Assembly (NCBI GenBank): GCA_030141605.1
Contig: JAQGDQ010000988.1
Coordinates: 1-64,000 of the forward strand
Direction of reading: 5' to 3'
From: Tubiluchus corallicola
Taxonomy: Eukaryota > Animalia > Priapulida
Length of the DNA: 64,000 bases
The translations under genes were made by a program, and so were the position numbers. Position 1 is the first letter of the stretch. Each line of letters starts with the position of its first letter. The notes beneath the pieces were generated by a model that was not told the DNA's origin, did not search any database, and worked only from the letters and a program-made list of their open reading frames with translations. Positions 1 to 30,317 of this stretch are shown piece by piece.

Positions 1-2054
1 AGTAAAAATGAAAATGCACAATAAATCTGCATAAAATAAAAGTGGGTGAACCGTCTACAAAAAAGTGGGTGAACCGTCTACAAAAAAGTGGATAAACCGT
101 CTACAAAAAAGCGGGTGAACCCTCTACAAAAAAGTGGGTGAACCGTCTACAAAAAAGCGGGTGAACCCTCTACAAAAAAGTGGGTGAAGCGTCTACAAAA
201 AGCAGGTGAACCATCTACAAAAAAGTGGGTGAACCCTCTACAAAAAAGTGGGTGAACAGTCTACAAAAAAGTGGGTAAACCATCTACAAAAAGCAGGTGA
301 ACTGTCTACAAAAAAGTGGATGGAGCTTTGCTATCTTTTACTCACCTGACAATTTCCTCAGCAATGTAATAGTATTTCTTGATGACCATGTGGGAATCCT
401 TCATGTAAAATTCATTGTTATCATACAGCTTCTTCAAACCACTGAGATAGTCAGAAATCTGGACAGAATAAAAACGTTTGTTATGTAACGTTATAGAAAC
501 GTTTGTCATGTAACGTTATAGGAACGTTTGTCATGTAATGTTATAAAAACGTTTGTCATGTAACGTTTAAGTTTTGCGAATGATAGAAAATTGACGAAAT
601 GAAAACGGCTTTTAATAATGGTTAATTTTAATAATTGATTAACAAATTATCATTAATTTCTGAAGCTTCATTTATATGAGATTACGGTAAGATATCATTT
701 CGGAAATGACATCATAAAATTTAGAAATCAAGCGTTAGTACAAAATCCTCAATAGATGTCACCACTAGTATAGTTATTGTTCAATAAACTAAACAGGTGA
801 AATAAAAATGGAATTTAATAATAGCTATGTTAGTAATAATTAATTAATTAGTAAAAAATGATCAAAAATGATCAATAGGTGTCACTACTAGTATACTTTT
901 TATTATTATTCATTTAAATAAATAATGCTCAATAGGTGTCACTACCAGTATACTTATTATTACTCATTCAATGAAAAACTGGCCAAATTATAAAAAACAT
1001 TATAAGCATTACGGGCATCAAAGCTACAGTTATAATCAAAATTTTGCTTGTTTTTCCGTCCACTAGGTGGTGATGCTGCACTTTAATACTTTCACCAGCC
1101 CCATCTGCAGCTTGAATTAAACAACTCTCTCATTGCTTACTTCTGAAGTGAAACGACTCCATTCGGACTCCACGTCCTGGAACAGGGCATCCATTTCCTT
1201 GCCCACGTGCTGCTCGTAGTCATAGTAACGGCCGCGGATCTCGTTGCGAACGTCGTTTTGCACCTCCGACCACGGTCGATCGAATTCGACCGATTTCTTC
1301 AGTTTGTCGACTCCAGACTAGAAAAAATAAATTGAGAATTAAAATGTTAAAGTGAAATCAATAGCAAAGCGGCACTGATCTTCATCAAAAAGGCAACATT
1401 TTGTAGTTCTTTTGACAGAAAACCAAAAAAAACATATCACACAATATTGCTACGTTAATTATGGAAGCATTTCAGACAGAAACTACGCTACCACAAGTGT
1501 AACATTGGTATCAACCTAGCAGACCGTTTCTTTGACGGCAAACTTGCAAGTGTGAACTACTTTGCGAGTTACTGTCGGTAAGTTACTGCAGGCTCCCCGT
1601 CACTTGCTGCAAGTCGAGTAACTTGTCCCGTGTGAACCTCGCAGCAAGTTTTGCTCTCTAATTTGAAGAGTTACCCGGCGAGTTACTTTCGACACTTCCC
1701 ACAGTGAACAGAGAAGTGAGTGTGAACTGTCAGAGAGTAACTCACAGCAAATTTCGCTTTCTAATTTGAACACGCTTGTGAGTTACTTGACGGGAAGGAA
1801 CATAATCACTCCGACAAGTTTTTGCTCATCTTAACGAAGCCGATATTCTACCTGATCGCCAACTCTATTCAGAATAAGCAATTTGCTATCAGTTTGACTA
1901 TGACACGGACACGGAGAGAGGAAGATATTCATTCCGCTAAAAAGACTAAATCATATATTGCCTTTTATTCACGATCCGAAGATTATGATGGCTAGGACAT
2001 TCTACGAGTTCAATTCAATTCAATTGTAATTTATTTATCTCTTTATAATGCTAC
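1..2054 (-). repeat. Left arm of a long inverted duplication of 3550-5603 (runs off the window edge), carrying antisense copies of LLTP exons 4287-4463 and 5146-5258
   Basis: Position x pairs with 5604-x at both ends and internally; ORFs 297-488(+) and 5116-5307(-) translate identically; exon copies at 1141-1317 and 346-458 keep their splice sites. Confidence 0.97.
39..320. repeat. 23-bp minisatellite (AAAAAAGTGGGTGAACCGTCTAC), about 12 units; mirrored at about 5284-5565
   Basis: Tandem units read directly. Confidence 0.92.
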
Positions 2055-2701
2055 TTAGGTATTTGTAAACACATAACTTAGGTAGTGGTAAAATGCTACT
2101 TAGGTATTTGTAAAGACATAACTTAGGTAGTGGTAAAAACGCTACTTGGGTATTTGTAAACACATAACTTATGTAGTTGTGACAACACTACTTACGCATT
2201 TCTAAAGATGTAACTTAGGTATTTCTAGAGAACTGACTTGGGTATTTCTAGGACATGTTTAGAAATTTGTAACGACAGGTGGCGCCACTGATGCCACTGG
2301 TGTAACCACTGCTCTAGTGTGTCGGTGTCTAACATTAAGGCGCAAATGTTTCATCAATGTGCAATCAAGCATTTCTATACCCACCTGCTACTTAAAAAAG
2401 TTGATGTTAAGTGAGTTTGTTATATGAGATAACGAGGCTCATTAATACATTCACATCTATGCAAATATTGACATTTTGCTTTCCCAAAGTATGGGCATTA
2501 AGTGAGGTTTGTATTGTAAACGGGGGGAGGGGGGAGGGGCGTTACAACGAGGTTTCACTGTATATTATAATCTTGTCACCTAACTGTTCACAATTGATAT
2601 AAGAGATGTGATTAAGAAGGGGGGAAGAGAAATCTGGACCACTTTACATATTTTTTAACCTGCAGTTTGTGATCCGTTTATTGTTTTTTTGTCACACACA
2701 G

Positions 2702-19653
<16,952 letters not shown>

Positions 19654-21350
19654 CGTGCAATAACATGTTGTAACGCGTCTAATTTCAACCTGTGATTCAC
19701 CCCAATCAAAAAATGTTATATACTAGAACGTACATACTCATAAAGCAATGCAATATTATTATAAATATAATTATTTAAACCAACGTAGTCGCTTCGCCAA
19801 ACCCGGTGTCTGTTAGAACGTCTATTTATTCGATACGTGGCCTTACAGAACAAAAGCATTTGAAACAAATTACTATTATTGTTATTATTATTAAGAACTG
19901 TTTTGTTTTGATAAAGGGATACATGTGGGAAATATTCAGTGTAGGGAAAACGATGTAAAACATTTTTAAGGATAATTTCCGGATTTGCGGGTGCAATACT
20001 TTTGTATAATAATTGATTTTCTGTGATACAGCGAATAAATAAGCATTTTGAAAGTTCGATTTTTTTTCTTTAAGTTATTTTATTGTTATTTATTAAATAT
20101 TTCTCAAAAAGAAAACATTATGCAGACGAAAGTGCGTATCCACGAGTTACGCTTTACGTAAAATAGTTACACATGAACAACAAAAACTAAATTTCACATA
20201 AAAATGTAATCTAAAGAACGTAAATTATTTTTACAATTATTAAAACGGAAAACGAAGAAATACGATAGAAATCATTGAAAAAAACGAAAGCTAACCATAC
20301 ATACTCTGTTACTTATCATAAATTAACAATTTTAACATTTTCTGTGAACTATTTGAGAAAACTGTAAAAGAGGAGGAATAACGTTGCGAAGTATCGACTA
20401 TGCCACATGTTTTTTTGTACCGTATACCAGAAACCGTCTTCTAGTCTGAAAGAAAAAAAGAACTCAACTTTTCAACATGCGAAATGTGACATCGTGTAGA
20501 ATTAATATAACGTGATTTTTATTTATGCCACTTATATAAATGCGTTGCAAAGAAACGGCATCGTACTCAAAGCAGCTTTGCTTCAAAATGGCTACACAAG
20601 TACACAGCGCCATCTTTGGCAGAAAATTGTTACTAGCAATTGTGTGAAAAATCAATATTTTGCAGGCTCACATCAATGCATGATGCAAATTTATAAGTGA
20701 AAGGAAACAAACAAAAATAGAAATGAATTTAAATTTAATATGTGAAATTTTTCATGTACTAAAGTTAGATTATACTGAAAAATCACTACTGTAACAAAGA
20801 TATGTAAGCAGACACAAAAAAACTGTGCAAATATACAATTATTGTATGTTCATTTACATAACACAGAGAGACTGACTAACATAGGCTGCACAAACTGTTT
20901 GTAGTGGCTTAGCAACTTGTTGTCTGCATAAGTGATTTAACAAGTATTATTTTCATGCAACCTTTTGATGTTTGATGAAACGTTGATGGCGACACTGACG
21001 ATGATAATGATCATGACAACAATGACGACGATGATGATGATGACAATGAACTACATTATAACTAAAAACTTTGCAATAATTAAAATTAAAGCTCACAGGT
21101 TTTATATCTGTGAGAGAACTTGATGATAAAATGATTACTGTGCATGCCTCGGGACCACAGTTAAGCAGCACTGAGCCTGTATCAGCATGACTGGCAGGTT
21201 TACTATTTCTTCGCTTTAGTTTCACATGCCATGTACTCACATCCGAACATGACCGCGACACCTCTGCCCGTTTAATTTCTCATCTTGCAATTGCGATGTC
21301 ATCTATCGTTGACCTATTACATTCCAGTCCTGCCACACTATCAATGTTAA

Positions 21351-22000
21351 ATGGCAAGTAAAGGGGTACCTGAAGTTTCGCAAAAAATGGCTTAAGAAAT
21401 TATATTACTTACAGCAATTTTATGCTTACGTCGCATTGAAAGGAATTTTTGTTTGTTTTCATTTTAAATCTCCCGCAATACTGTTCCGACAACATCATTC
21501 CATGACGTCACTTACGCAAACGTAAATCAGGGGAAGAAAAGGAAATGTTAAACTATGTCCCAAAAAACTTTCCGTGCAAATCTACATTACTTAACATTTC
21601 ACTTACTTGCAGGAAAGACTTATGTAATTAGACTAATAATTTAAAATGTTTGTGCCAATTGGTAAAATGTCGCCGACTCACTCTCCAGGGTGCACCACTC
21701 ACTAATCAAACATGCTTTTTTAATCTTATTGACAAGATACAGTAATTTAAAATTTTACTTAATTAGCAACATGTATGCTACGAATGCTCTGATTGTTTTT
21801 CAAATTTTACTTAATGTTATCTAAACTTGTTTCAAACTACCTACCAATAAAATGGCTGCGCCTAACAGTCATCGCGGGTTTAAATTTTCAAGTTTTATAC
21901 AACGTTGCTGTCGACGCAAGCCCTACATGTAAAAAGGCAGTACGTAAGTGGCATAAAATTTCAAGACGAATTTTTTAAGCTTTATGCATTTTCTTGTTCT
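21351..22000 (+). mobile_element. Non-autonomous Kolobok-type DNA transposon, family K1 (other copies: about 8890-9241, 49526-50070, 60085-60290(-), 61675-61880(-))
   Basis: Flanked by TTAA at 21347 and 22001; family ends AGGACAAGAAAA (49526) and TTTTCTTGTTCT are inverted repeats; five homologous segments in the window. Confidence 0.75.
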
Positions 22001-22017
22001 TTAAGTGATATTAATAA

Positions 22018-22133
22018 ACGGCAATATCACGCTGAAAACGCCGGTTCTCGTCTGATCACCGATGTTAAGCAACGCAGAGACTGGCTAGTACTTGGATGGG
22101 TGACCGCCTAAGAAAACCAGGTGCTGTAGGCCT
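22018..22133 (+). pseudogene. 5S rRNA-derived sequence (head of a truncated 5S-SINE), not a functional 5S gene
   Basis: ACGGCAATATCACGCTGAAAACGCCGGTTCTCGTCTGATCACCGATGTTAAGCAACG...TAGTACTTGGATGGGTGACCGCCT..GGTGCTGTAGGC; diverged, first nucleotides missing, no oligo-T terminator. Confidence 0.85.
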
Positions 22134-22170
22134 GTGTTCAACTTTGTGAAAAAGACAAACATCGTACCTC

Positions 22171-24770
22171 TTATTTGTGTATGTCGTCGTACAGGGCTTG
22201 AAGAGAAAGCTTGAATTCTGTAAGCTCAGCTTCCAGGGTTCGAATCCTCTCGATGGTGTGATAGAGTTCGGTAATTTTCTCCTGAGTGCTGGCGCTGGTC
22301 ACGTTGTACACATCGTACATAATGTTCTCGATCGTCGCTATTTGCTTTTGTGCCTAAATCATAGTTTTTTAAATGCAAATCCAGTTTTCCCACGGGCTTC
22401 TTATCTGTGGAATTAACTACTTTATGCGATTCAAGAGCTTTCTGATACATTCACTGCTTCAAAATATCAAAGCACACGATGATTATAGACATGGATAATT
22501 TAAAAAAGGAACATTTGGTATGCAGTCTGCCGCCTTACCAACTACCGAACAGGTCTACTGACTGTGATGGTAATCATTTCAAATGGTTACCACATTTTTA
22601 CAATGGAATAGACCGCTAGTGGACAATACTACGCTCTAATACTAAGGGGCAAAAATCAGAAGACTCGGTCGAAATTTGAATTTCGAATTTTCCTGATGAC
22701 AAAACTTAAAGGAACTGCGGGAAGGCAGTAGACATTTTTACAGGAAGATTCACTCTCCACGAATACGTAAATGTGTCAGATATGAAACATCAAAGACATA
22801 CTTGTGTAGCCCATTTTATTCATGTAAGAGCTGGCTGAGATTGTGAAAAAACGTAAAAAGAAAGATAGAACTTAAAGTGTATAGTGACTTTTGAGACATC
22901 CTGTACTTGTATTTGCATTGAACCACTGATGTATGATTCTTTTATCATAATTATTTGCTGCGTGCCAGAGCGACTTTGATGCATTGTGCATGGTCGTTCT
23001 GGAGAAAACTCATGACAGATAAAACATGGTTACAGGAAGAGTAGAGTTTCCAATTAAAGTGCAGAAAACTGCAAACTAGGGAGTGCAAATGCCTCGAGTC
23101 TGTTACAGTACCAATCTTATCACAGAACATATAAAGCTTTGTCTTTTTGTCAGCAGATGGCACCACATCATGCATGTCACAATTTTATGACGTTTAGTTA
23201 CAGTGTTGCTAAGACTCGTTACTTTTGTCTACTGAAATTTAGTTTGTATATTTTGAATCATTGTTTTATGTTCTGTAAATAAGGAAAAATAGATCAATAA
23301 GTAAACACAATTACTGCCACTACTGTCGCCATCACTACTGTCGCCATCTTCTGAAATTACTAATGTCTATTGAACTAACAAGAATCATATTTGTCTGCTT
23401 GCAAAACCGTCCGTAAGTCGGTATAGTTAAAACTACATTGTGATGCTTCAAAGCAGAATGCACCAAAAATTTGGTCAAAGGCCAATTTTTCGTATTTTAT
23501 CAACACAAACACTAAATAAATATCTTGGACTTTTATATTATAGCATCAAATCATCAAGGAAATGTTCAAAAAATACTAAAAATCTAATTTTATAATCTTG
23601 TACCCACTTTTCTGGCTAAAAACTAGTAATGAAATTGTAAGAAACTCCAACTCTTTTAAACTCTGATAGTTACTCATGGAAGGTCTCATTTTGCTTTGGG
23701 CTTTTTCTGTTGCCAAGCTCAGATCTTCGTCGGGAAGAGCCATCTACTGGATTTAAACATAACTTCAATGTGCTTTTGCAAAGTCCGTAACAACCAACAA
23801 TTGTGCGGTTGCTAAGTGTTTTTGTATAAACGCGACAAAAAACAATGGCTGACTTTAACAGTGATTTTCTCAAGATTATGTTTTTCAGTGTGCAGCCTGC
23901 ACCTCAACTTCAACATGGATTATCTCAGCTTAGAAACAACAAGTGATGAACTTGGTATCAAAATGATCCTCATGAAATGGAGATTGAGGATATGTGAATA
24001 GCTAGAAAAGCTTAGAGCCAACTTATGCACGATTTTGCTATGCAAACGCATATCTGACAATGAATGAATGAATATAAACAAACAAATGAGTCAGCAAACA
24101 TACACGGCACACAATACAAGTAAACAACTAACTAAACCATTTGTTTACCTGCTGATTTACACTGTTCTTGTATTCAGTCAGAATTCCTTCGTCTTCTTTA
24201 CGCTTAGCATTTATATCACGTATTAACTCTTCCATCGCTTCTTCCAAACTGGCAACTTTTGAAGCTGTCCTGCAGAATTCATAGCTAACTAATTACTAAT
24301 TATTTGAAAGTCCAAAACTCCAAACAGCTGCCATCATTGTGCAAACAAGAAACAGCAAGTTTAACACTCATTGCTGGAGTGGATACTGACATTATGTGAT
24401 GCGTCACTACGGCAACGAGGATTTTAATTGTTTTCTTATTACTATACATATTCTTTGTAACAATAATGTAACTCGTTTAATTGTATATTTTCGCGTTTCT
24501 ATTAATTTTACTTTTAATAAAGTTTTATTTTAAAATAGAGTGAAATAATTAGAATTACTGATGTCTTGTAATAGAAGATAAGGTACTAAATAAATTACTC
24601 AGTTCTCTCTCGATCAGAATACCTATCGAGCGCGGTACAGCTCTTATAAAGCAAACTTTATTTTAGTGCAATTAAAAAAAGTAAACAATTAGGCACTCTA
24701 ATGACTCCACGTACCCGCCGGGTTCAGATGTTCTTGGACTACCAATTTCTCGTATAGCTTCGTCTGCCAT
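22171..24770 (-). CDS. SYCE2: Synaptonemal complex central element protein 2-like, 119 aa, 3 coding exons
   Basis: Exons 24770-24715, 24269-24149, 22353-22171 (360 nt, phases 2 and 0 compatible): MADEAIREIGSPRTSEPGGTASKVASLEEAMEELIRDINAKRKEDEGILTEYKNSVNQQAQKQIATIENIMYDVYNVTSASTQEKITELYHTIERIRTLEAELTEFKLSLQALYDDIHK. Matches the SYCE2 core as I recall it (ELIENINKSRQKD..YQIYN..QEKLQE..LETEL..VYKDL). Confidence 0.8.
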
Positions 24771-24849
24771 GGTAAAATAGCCAAACGATAACCTATATTA
24801 TAAAAAGCGTTAAACGCGACTATTCTGCTAAACTAACTTTCTCTTGAAC

Positions 24850-25440
24850 ATCAACCACTGATAATTTCTGAATTGCAGACTCGGCAGGCATAGTCGCAGA
24901 GCAGTGACGTTATCTTTTTTCTGTTGTCAATTTGGGTTTAGATAACTTTATTGCAGCACTACATGGACCACACCACTCGAAAAAACTCTTCACTTTAGTT
25001 CGCTGACATAAACCAAAGACTAAGGCCTGGCTGTAAAGCAAGAAGAAAAAAATCCATTGTGCATACCAAAATTTATTTTTATCAACATATTTATTTAAAT
25101 AATTATACAGATCGTCAATTTAACAGCTTACTGCTGAACTCAAGATTCTTCTATAATGTAATAAAAACTAATACTCACTAGCACTCATTACAAAGACAAT
25201 TAAATAAAGTACACATTTACAATTATAAAAACATAAACTACTTCTAAAGATTTTCTAAGTTATTAAAGAAATACATTTCACAAACTATCACTGATAAACA
25301 ATCATCATCTCATAATATTCGGCTATTCTTTGTGTATGTGATAGAGAAAAATAGTTGCTAAGTACTGATGCTGATGTCTGAAGATGCTTTCATTGGCGAA
25401 AATACATGTATATTGCAATGGTTATTTTATTGTAATTTTT
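24850..25440. repeat. Dispersed repeat of about 550 bp, unclassified; inverted copy at about 41255-41800
   Basis: For example CTAAGTACTGATGCTGATGTCTGAAGATGC at 25359 is the reverse complement of 41287-41316; collinear along its length. Confidence 0.85.
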
Positions 25441-25532
25441 ACAAACACCTTCAAGCACCAGCCACTTTCTACTAAAATTTATTACGGCTTTGAAATTATA
25501 AAATTAAATTAAATTTGTCAAGAAAGAGAAGA

Positions 25533-25582
<50 letters not shown>

Positions 25583-27083
25583 GGACAAAGGGGGAAGAAG
25601 GAGATGATGCGTGCGAGTGCTAATTCCGGATACTCAGGACTGCAAATATTGCATTTCATTGTTTAACCTGATTAACTTACTGGCCATTGAGATATTTCAC
25701 TTTTTACAAAAAAACTCGTTCATTTTGCTGCAATGAAGATTTGCAGGTAAAAACAGCCAAGGGATTTATTAAGAGAAGTACTTAACCTTTGCAATGATCT
25801 CATTTTTGGCTATCAAAATGTGTCAAAATCATTTTGGGTATTATGCGTTTTCAGTAAATTTATTACGTGTTTTATGCTGTTTTGTTTAGTAAATGAAGCG
25901 TTTTTCAAGGGACACCGCTTCACGAGATACAGATTTTTCTCAAGTAGTTAAATTATTTGCCTACTTAAACAAAAACAGTCAGCATCTTCATTAGAACTGC
26001 TGAACTAGTAGTGCAGAAACAACTACTGCGCTAGCAGGATTTGCTTTTTTCACGATCTTCATCGGGGACCTCAAGAGCCTCATAGAGCAACCCAAATGGC
26101 AAGTCAGACATCTTGCTTTGAGAAAGTTTCTTACAGCCAGGGTCGTATCAACACTTTATGACGCTCTAGGCTGATAATTCTGCCCCGCCCATCTCTATTG
26201 TAAATTATGGGAGTTTATCTAATGAGCAGTTGAACAATTACTTGTGGCGTATTAGAAATACAATTAACCTAGTTTCTACGTGATCATTATTAATTACATG
26301 TATTTGCATAGCGCTTATATTCCAACAGGCTGTGTAACTGTTTGTTGTGTAATACCTTGCACCTGTTCGTTATGTGGCACTTATATAAAAGCTGAGCTCA
26401 GTAATAACTGCCTCTAAAATGGGATATCCTCAAACTTTGGCACCTAGACTATAGCCTAGTTAGCCTATTGGTTAACACGCCCCTGAAATAATTAATGCAT
26501 TAATTCTATTATTATAATTCTTTATTTAAAATTTAAAATTGTACGCATATACAAATATTTACATAAAATACATACAGTGACCCTCATTTTTCAAGGGTAT
26601 GGTTAAAAAACTTTGTAAATAAAATAGCTGTTATATTCGTAAGACTTTTAAATACCAATAAATCAATATACCAATAAAAGAACAACTAAAATTACATAGT
26701 ACCAGTTTACACAAAACGACCTGTATACTCCTAGTAATGTTGACGTGTTAATGGTTTAGCCTGAATAAGTTAGTAATTTTCACAGGATAAAAAGTGTCAT
26801 TGATATACCTTTATAAGATGAGAAAAGTGTTTACTGACTACGCAGTTTCATTTACAACAGAAGTTAAATTGTAGCATTCAGCCCAGAACCATTAACAAGG
26901 CGGATACAAATGTTACGCAAACAACATTTACTGAAAGGGAATTCCCTCTGCAAACAGGGTTACAGAAAACAACATCCTCCAAGTTCAAACACTCAAACTC
27001 GTTGATTTGCCAAGAGCAAACAAATCGTGACCAAATTGTTAATAAATTTAAAAAATTGGCGCGTTATTCTGATAACTGGAAAG

Positions 27084-27482
27084 TAGGGGTGGGCGTCGAA
27101 TGTTCGAGTACGAACGTTCGAATTTGATTCGAACGAGTTTTTTAATTGGAATTCGTAGCGAACCTAAAATTATTGATTCGAATAATTCAGCACTTCAACC
27201 ACATGTGTTGTTTATCAATAAAATGTTTGAAACAGCATGCAATTAACATAATTTAGCATAATTTATGTAAAATTTTCAACAAACTAGTAGTAGTTTTACT
27301 GCCGAACAAAATCAGGTAATATGCACGCTCTTTGTAAGACCACTTTGTACTAGTGGTTCAAAAATGTTTTAAGCTCAATTCGATTCGGATACGAAATACT
27401 GAAATTCGTTTCGATTTGAATTCGAAAGTCACAAACTTCATTCGATTCGAATTCACTTTCTGGCAGAGAATGCTCTCCCCTA
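27084..27482. mobile_element. hAT-type MITE with TAGGG ends (partial relative at about 17203-17430)
   Basis: TAGGGGTGGGC...GCTCTCCCCTA, TSD CTGGAAAG/CTAGAAAG, subterminal TTCGA motifs. Confidence 0.78.
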
Positions 27483-27852
27483 CTAGAAAGCCACATGGTC
27501 TTCTCAAGGTGAGGTAAAAGATATTTAATGAAAATTAATAAAAATAAAGTAATTGATTATCACCAAACAATTAGTGAAATAATTGTCAAATAAAATGTGA
27601 TACAAGTTCTTGTTTAAGGAAAAGGTTTATTTGAAATATTTTAGATATTTTTAGATATTTCAGCAAAAATTGGCCCTTAGTGGTATGACCTACTAAAAGT
27701 GGACATCTGTGGGAAGACTGCAACTTCGTCCATTTAAGAAAAAACTCTAAGATGAGACACTGAACCAGCAGGTGAGTCTCAATGAGATGCTTCGATGTTG
27801 TTAATAATTAATACTCACTCACTTAGCACATAGCCAGAAACAGCAAAGCAAA

Positions 27853-28405
27853 TGAAACTACACAAAAACAGTTTTCCTCGCTGACACCCATACAGTTACT
27901 GGCTCAATGTTGCTAAACTTTAGTAGGAATATATTAAACCTAAAAGAGGTACTCACAAAGAAATAGAAGCCATGACACAACACTGTGAAACTACACAAAA
28001 ACAGTTTTCCTCGCTGACACCCATACAGTTACTGGCTCAATGTTGCTAAACTTCACTAGGAATACATTAAACCAGGAAGAGGTGCTCACAAAGAAAGTGA
28101 AGACATGACACAACACTGTGAAACTACACAAAAACAGTTCTATTCGCTGACACCCATACAGTTACTGGCTCAATGTTGCTAAACTTTAGTAGGAATATAT
28201 TAAACCTAAAAGAGGTGCTCACAAAGAAATAGAAGACATAACACAACACTGTGAAACTACACAAAAACAGTTTTCCTCGCTGACACCCACACAGTTACTG
28301 GCTCAATGTTGCTAAACTTTAGTAGGAATATATTAAACCTAAAAGAGGTACTCACAAAGAAATAGAAGACATAACACAACACTGTGAAACTACACAAAAA
28401 AAGTT
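27853..28405. repeat. 133-bp tandem repeat, about 4.1 units; a single monomer also at about 35404-35540
   Basis: TGAAACTACACAAAAACAG recurs every 133 bp. Confidence 0.93.
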
Positions 28406-30317
28406 TTAAAAATTGCATATAATTGACAAAAGCCAGCCCTTCTTTACTTTCTTGTAAACATATTTAGGAGTTTAAGGACAACTAACTTGTTTGATCCGTC
28501 AAACTGTTCAGGACCCATTATCATGTAATCCCTAAGATTAAGTGCATTATGGCACCAGTTTAGTTCACACAATCAGATGCGTTACAAACTCCAATGATGA
28601 GAATGATAAATTGCAAAAACTCTGAAACAGGCCGGGGGTTTGGGGCTGCGTAGGAAACAACAAATTGCAATTTTATGACCACAGGGAGCCTCTAAGTGGA
28701 CTTAAAATATCAATTACCTTGTTTCATGCATAATTTAAAATAACCAACAATCAAGGATACATGATACCTAATTGTCTCAAAAACGCTTAAGTACTGGCCG
28801 CTCCTATGCAAAAGTATATAAAAACTGTCTGCAATTGACTCAAATAACTCCGCACAATTGGTTCTATATTTTTATACATAGAGATATACACGTGGTTACA
28901 CTGATGTACGTGATGTAAACAAAGTGACGGCCTGCCAACTAGCGGTCAGTTTGTGAAATAATGTACTGCCTGCAATTGACTCAAATAACAAGAATAAGTA
29001 CCTGTGGATTGTTCATCATCATTGTTTTGCTCATTATTTGCTTTTTGTCATTTTTAAGAAATTGAACTACAACATTCTAACTTTTAGGTGTCTTTGATGA
29101 AACTACGTGATTACAATCATCATTTTTATTCGTAAAACAATAAAACAACCAATCAGATTTCGCTATTCGTTTATCTATAATGTGAATGTATTTAGATTAT
29201 TATTTATTTGCACAGCTAAATCATAAATTACATCAAAATACACGCACAATTACAAGTACATTTACAATTATGAAATACAAAAAAAAATTAAAATACAATC
29301 GGTAAAATAAATCAGAAAATATTTATTAACGGAGAAGAAAACGCTCTTCGTAAACGAAACGTAAAAATTCACCTTGAAGCGTAGAAATTTTCCAAGAGTT
29401 AGATGCTGTCTTGTTGCATACAGAGCTTGCGTTAGCAGTATCACTGTATATAATTTACAATTTTAAAGCAAAACCAGACTCAATCTCAAACTTAGGTCAA
29501 AATAACCTAGTCCTTAAAATGTTGAAAGAAACATAATATTTTATTGAAAAATGACTTACGTGAAAGAATTACATACCACCCCACCACACAGCTTCACCAA
29601 CACGACACGGAACTTACCACCCCACCACACTATCCACATCACATCATATAACCCACACCACACCACACTGACCAGACTACACCACAACAACCACAGCACA
29701 CAAACTACACCATGCTACACCCACCTCACAAAATCCACAGATGATAATAGACTAAATGAATTTAGTTATAATGTACATTCTATCATACATGTAGAAGACA
29801 GCTTCGAAAAGACAGAGAACGCAATGCCTATCAAGGTACACCATTCTCATGTCTTCATTGAAGGAGGAGGTTCTCAGCAAGAATCGGGCTTATAAGCCAC
29901 CTCCGTACCAATCCTACGAAGTCAGAATGAAACCATGGTCCTCTTCGACTACGAAGGACGAACAACAACAACAACAACATTCTATAACGCTGTACAACAG
30001 AGGCTGAAGACAATGTCTGGAACAGCCACGAAATTTTTCAAATTCAAAGAAAATGGATGTTCCAAACAGCATGCAGCACGGGGAGTTGAAAAAGAAGTTC
30101 TAAATACACCTTTCCCGTTTCGTCCACTGGACATCTCTCAAAGCAAAACCTTCATGAATTGTAGACCCTTTCGTTTTGGAAACAAGGTGTAGTATGTTGA
30201 TACATAACTAAGTCATTGAGAATTAAAATACCACATTCATTAAGTACGGATGTGCCAACAGTGGTACATTTAGATAAATTGTTTAGCATAACCATATACT
30301 ACTAAACTGCATTATCG

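Noticed and set aside
22018-22133. Functional 5S rRNA gene (also 59974-60071 and 61545-61660)
   Set aside because: Diverged, 5' nucleotides missing, no oligo-T terminator, and fused to a SINE body in two copies.
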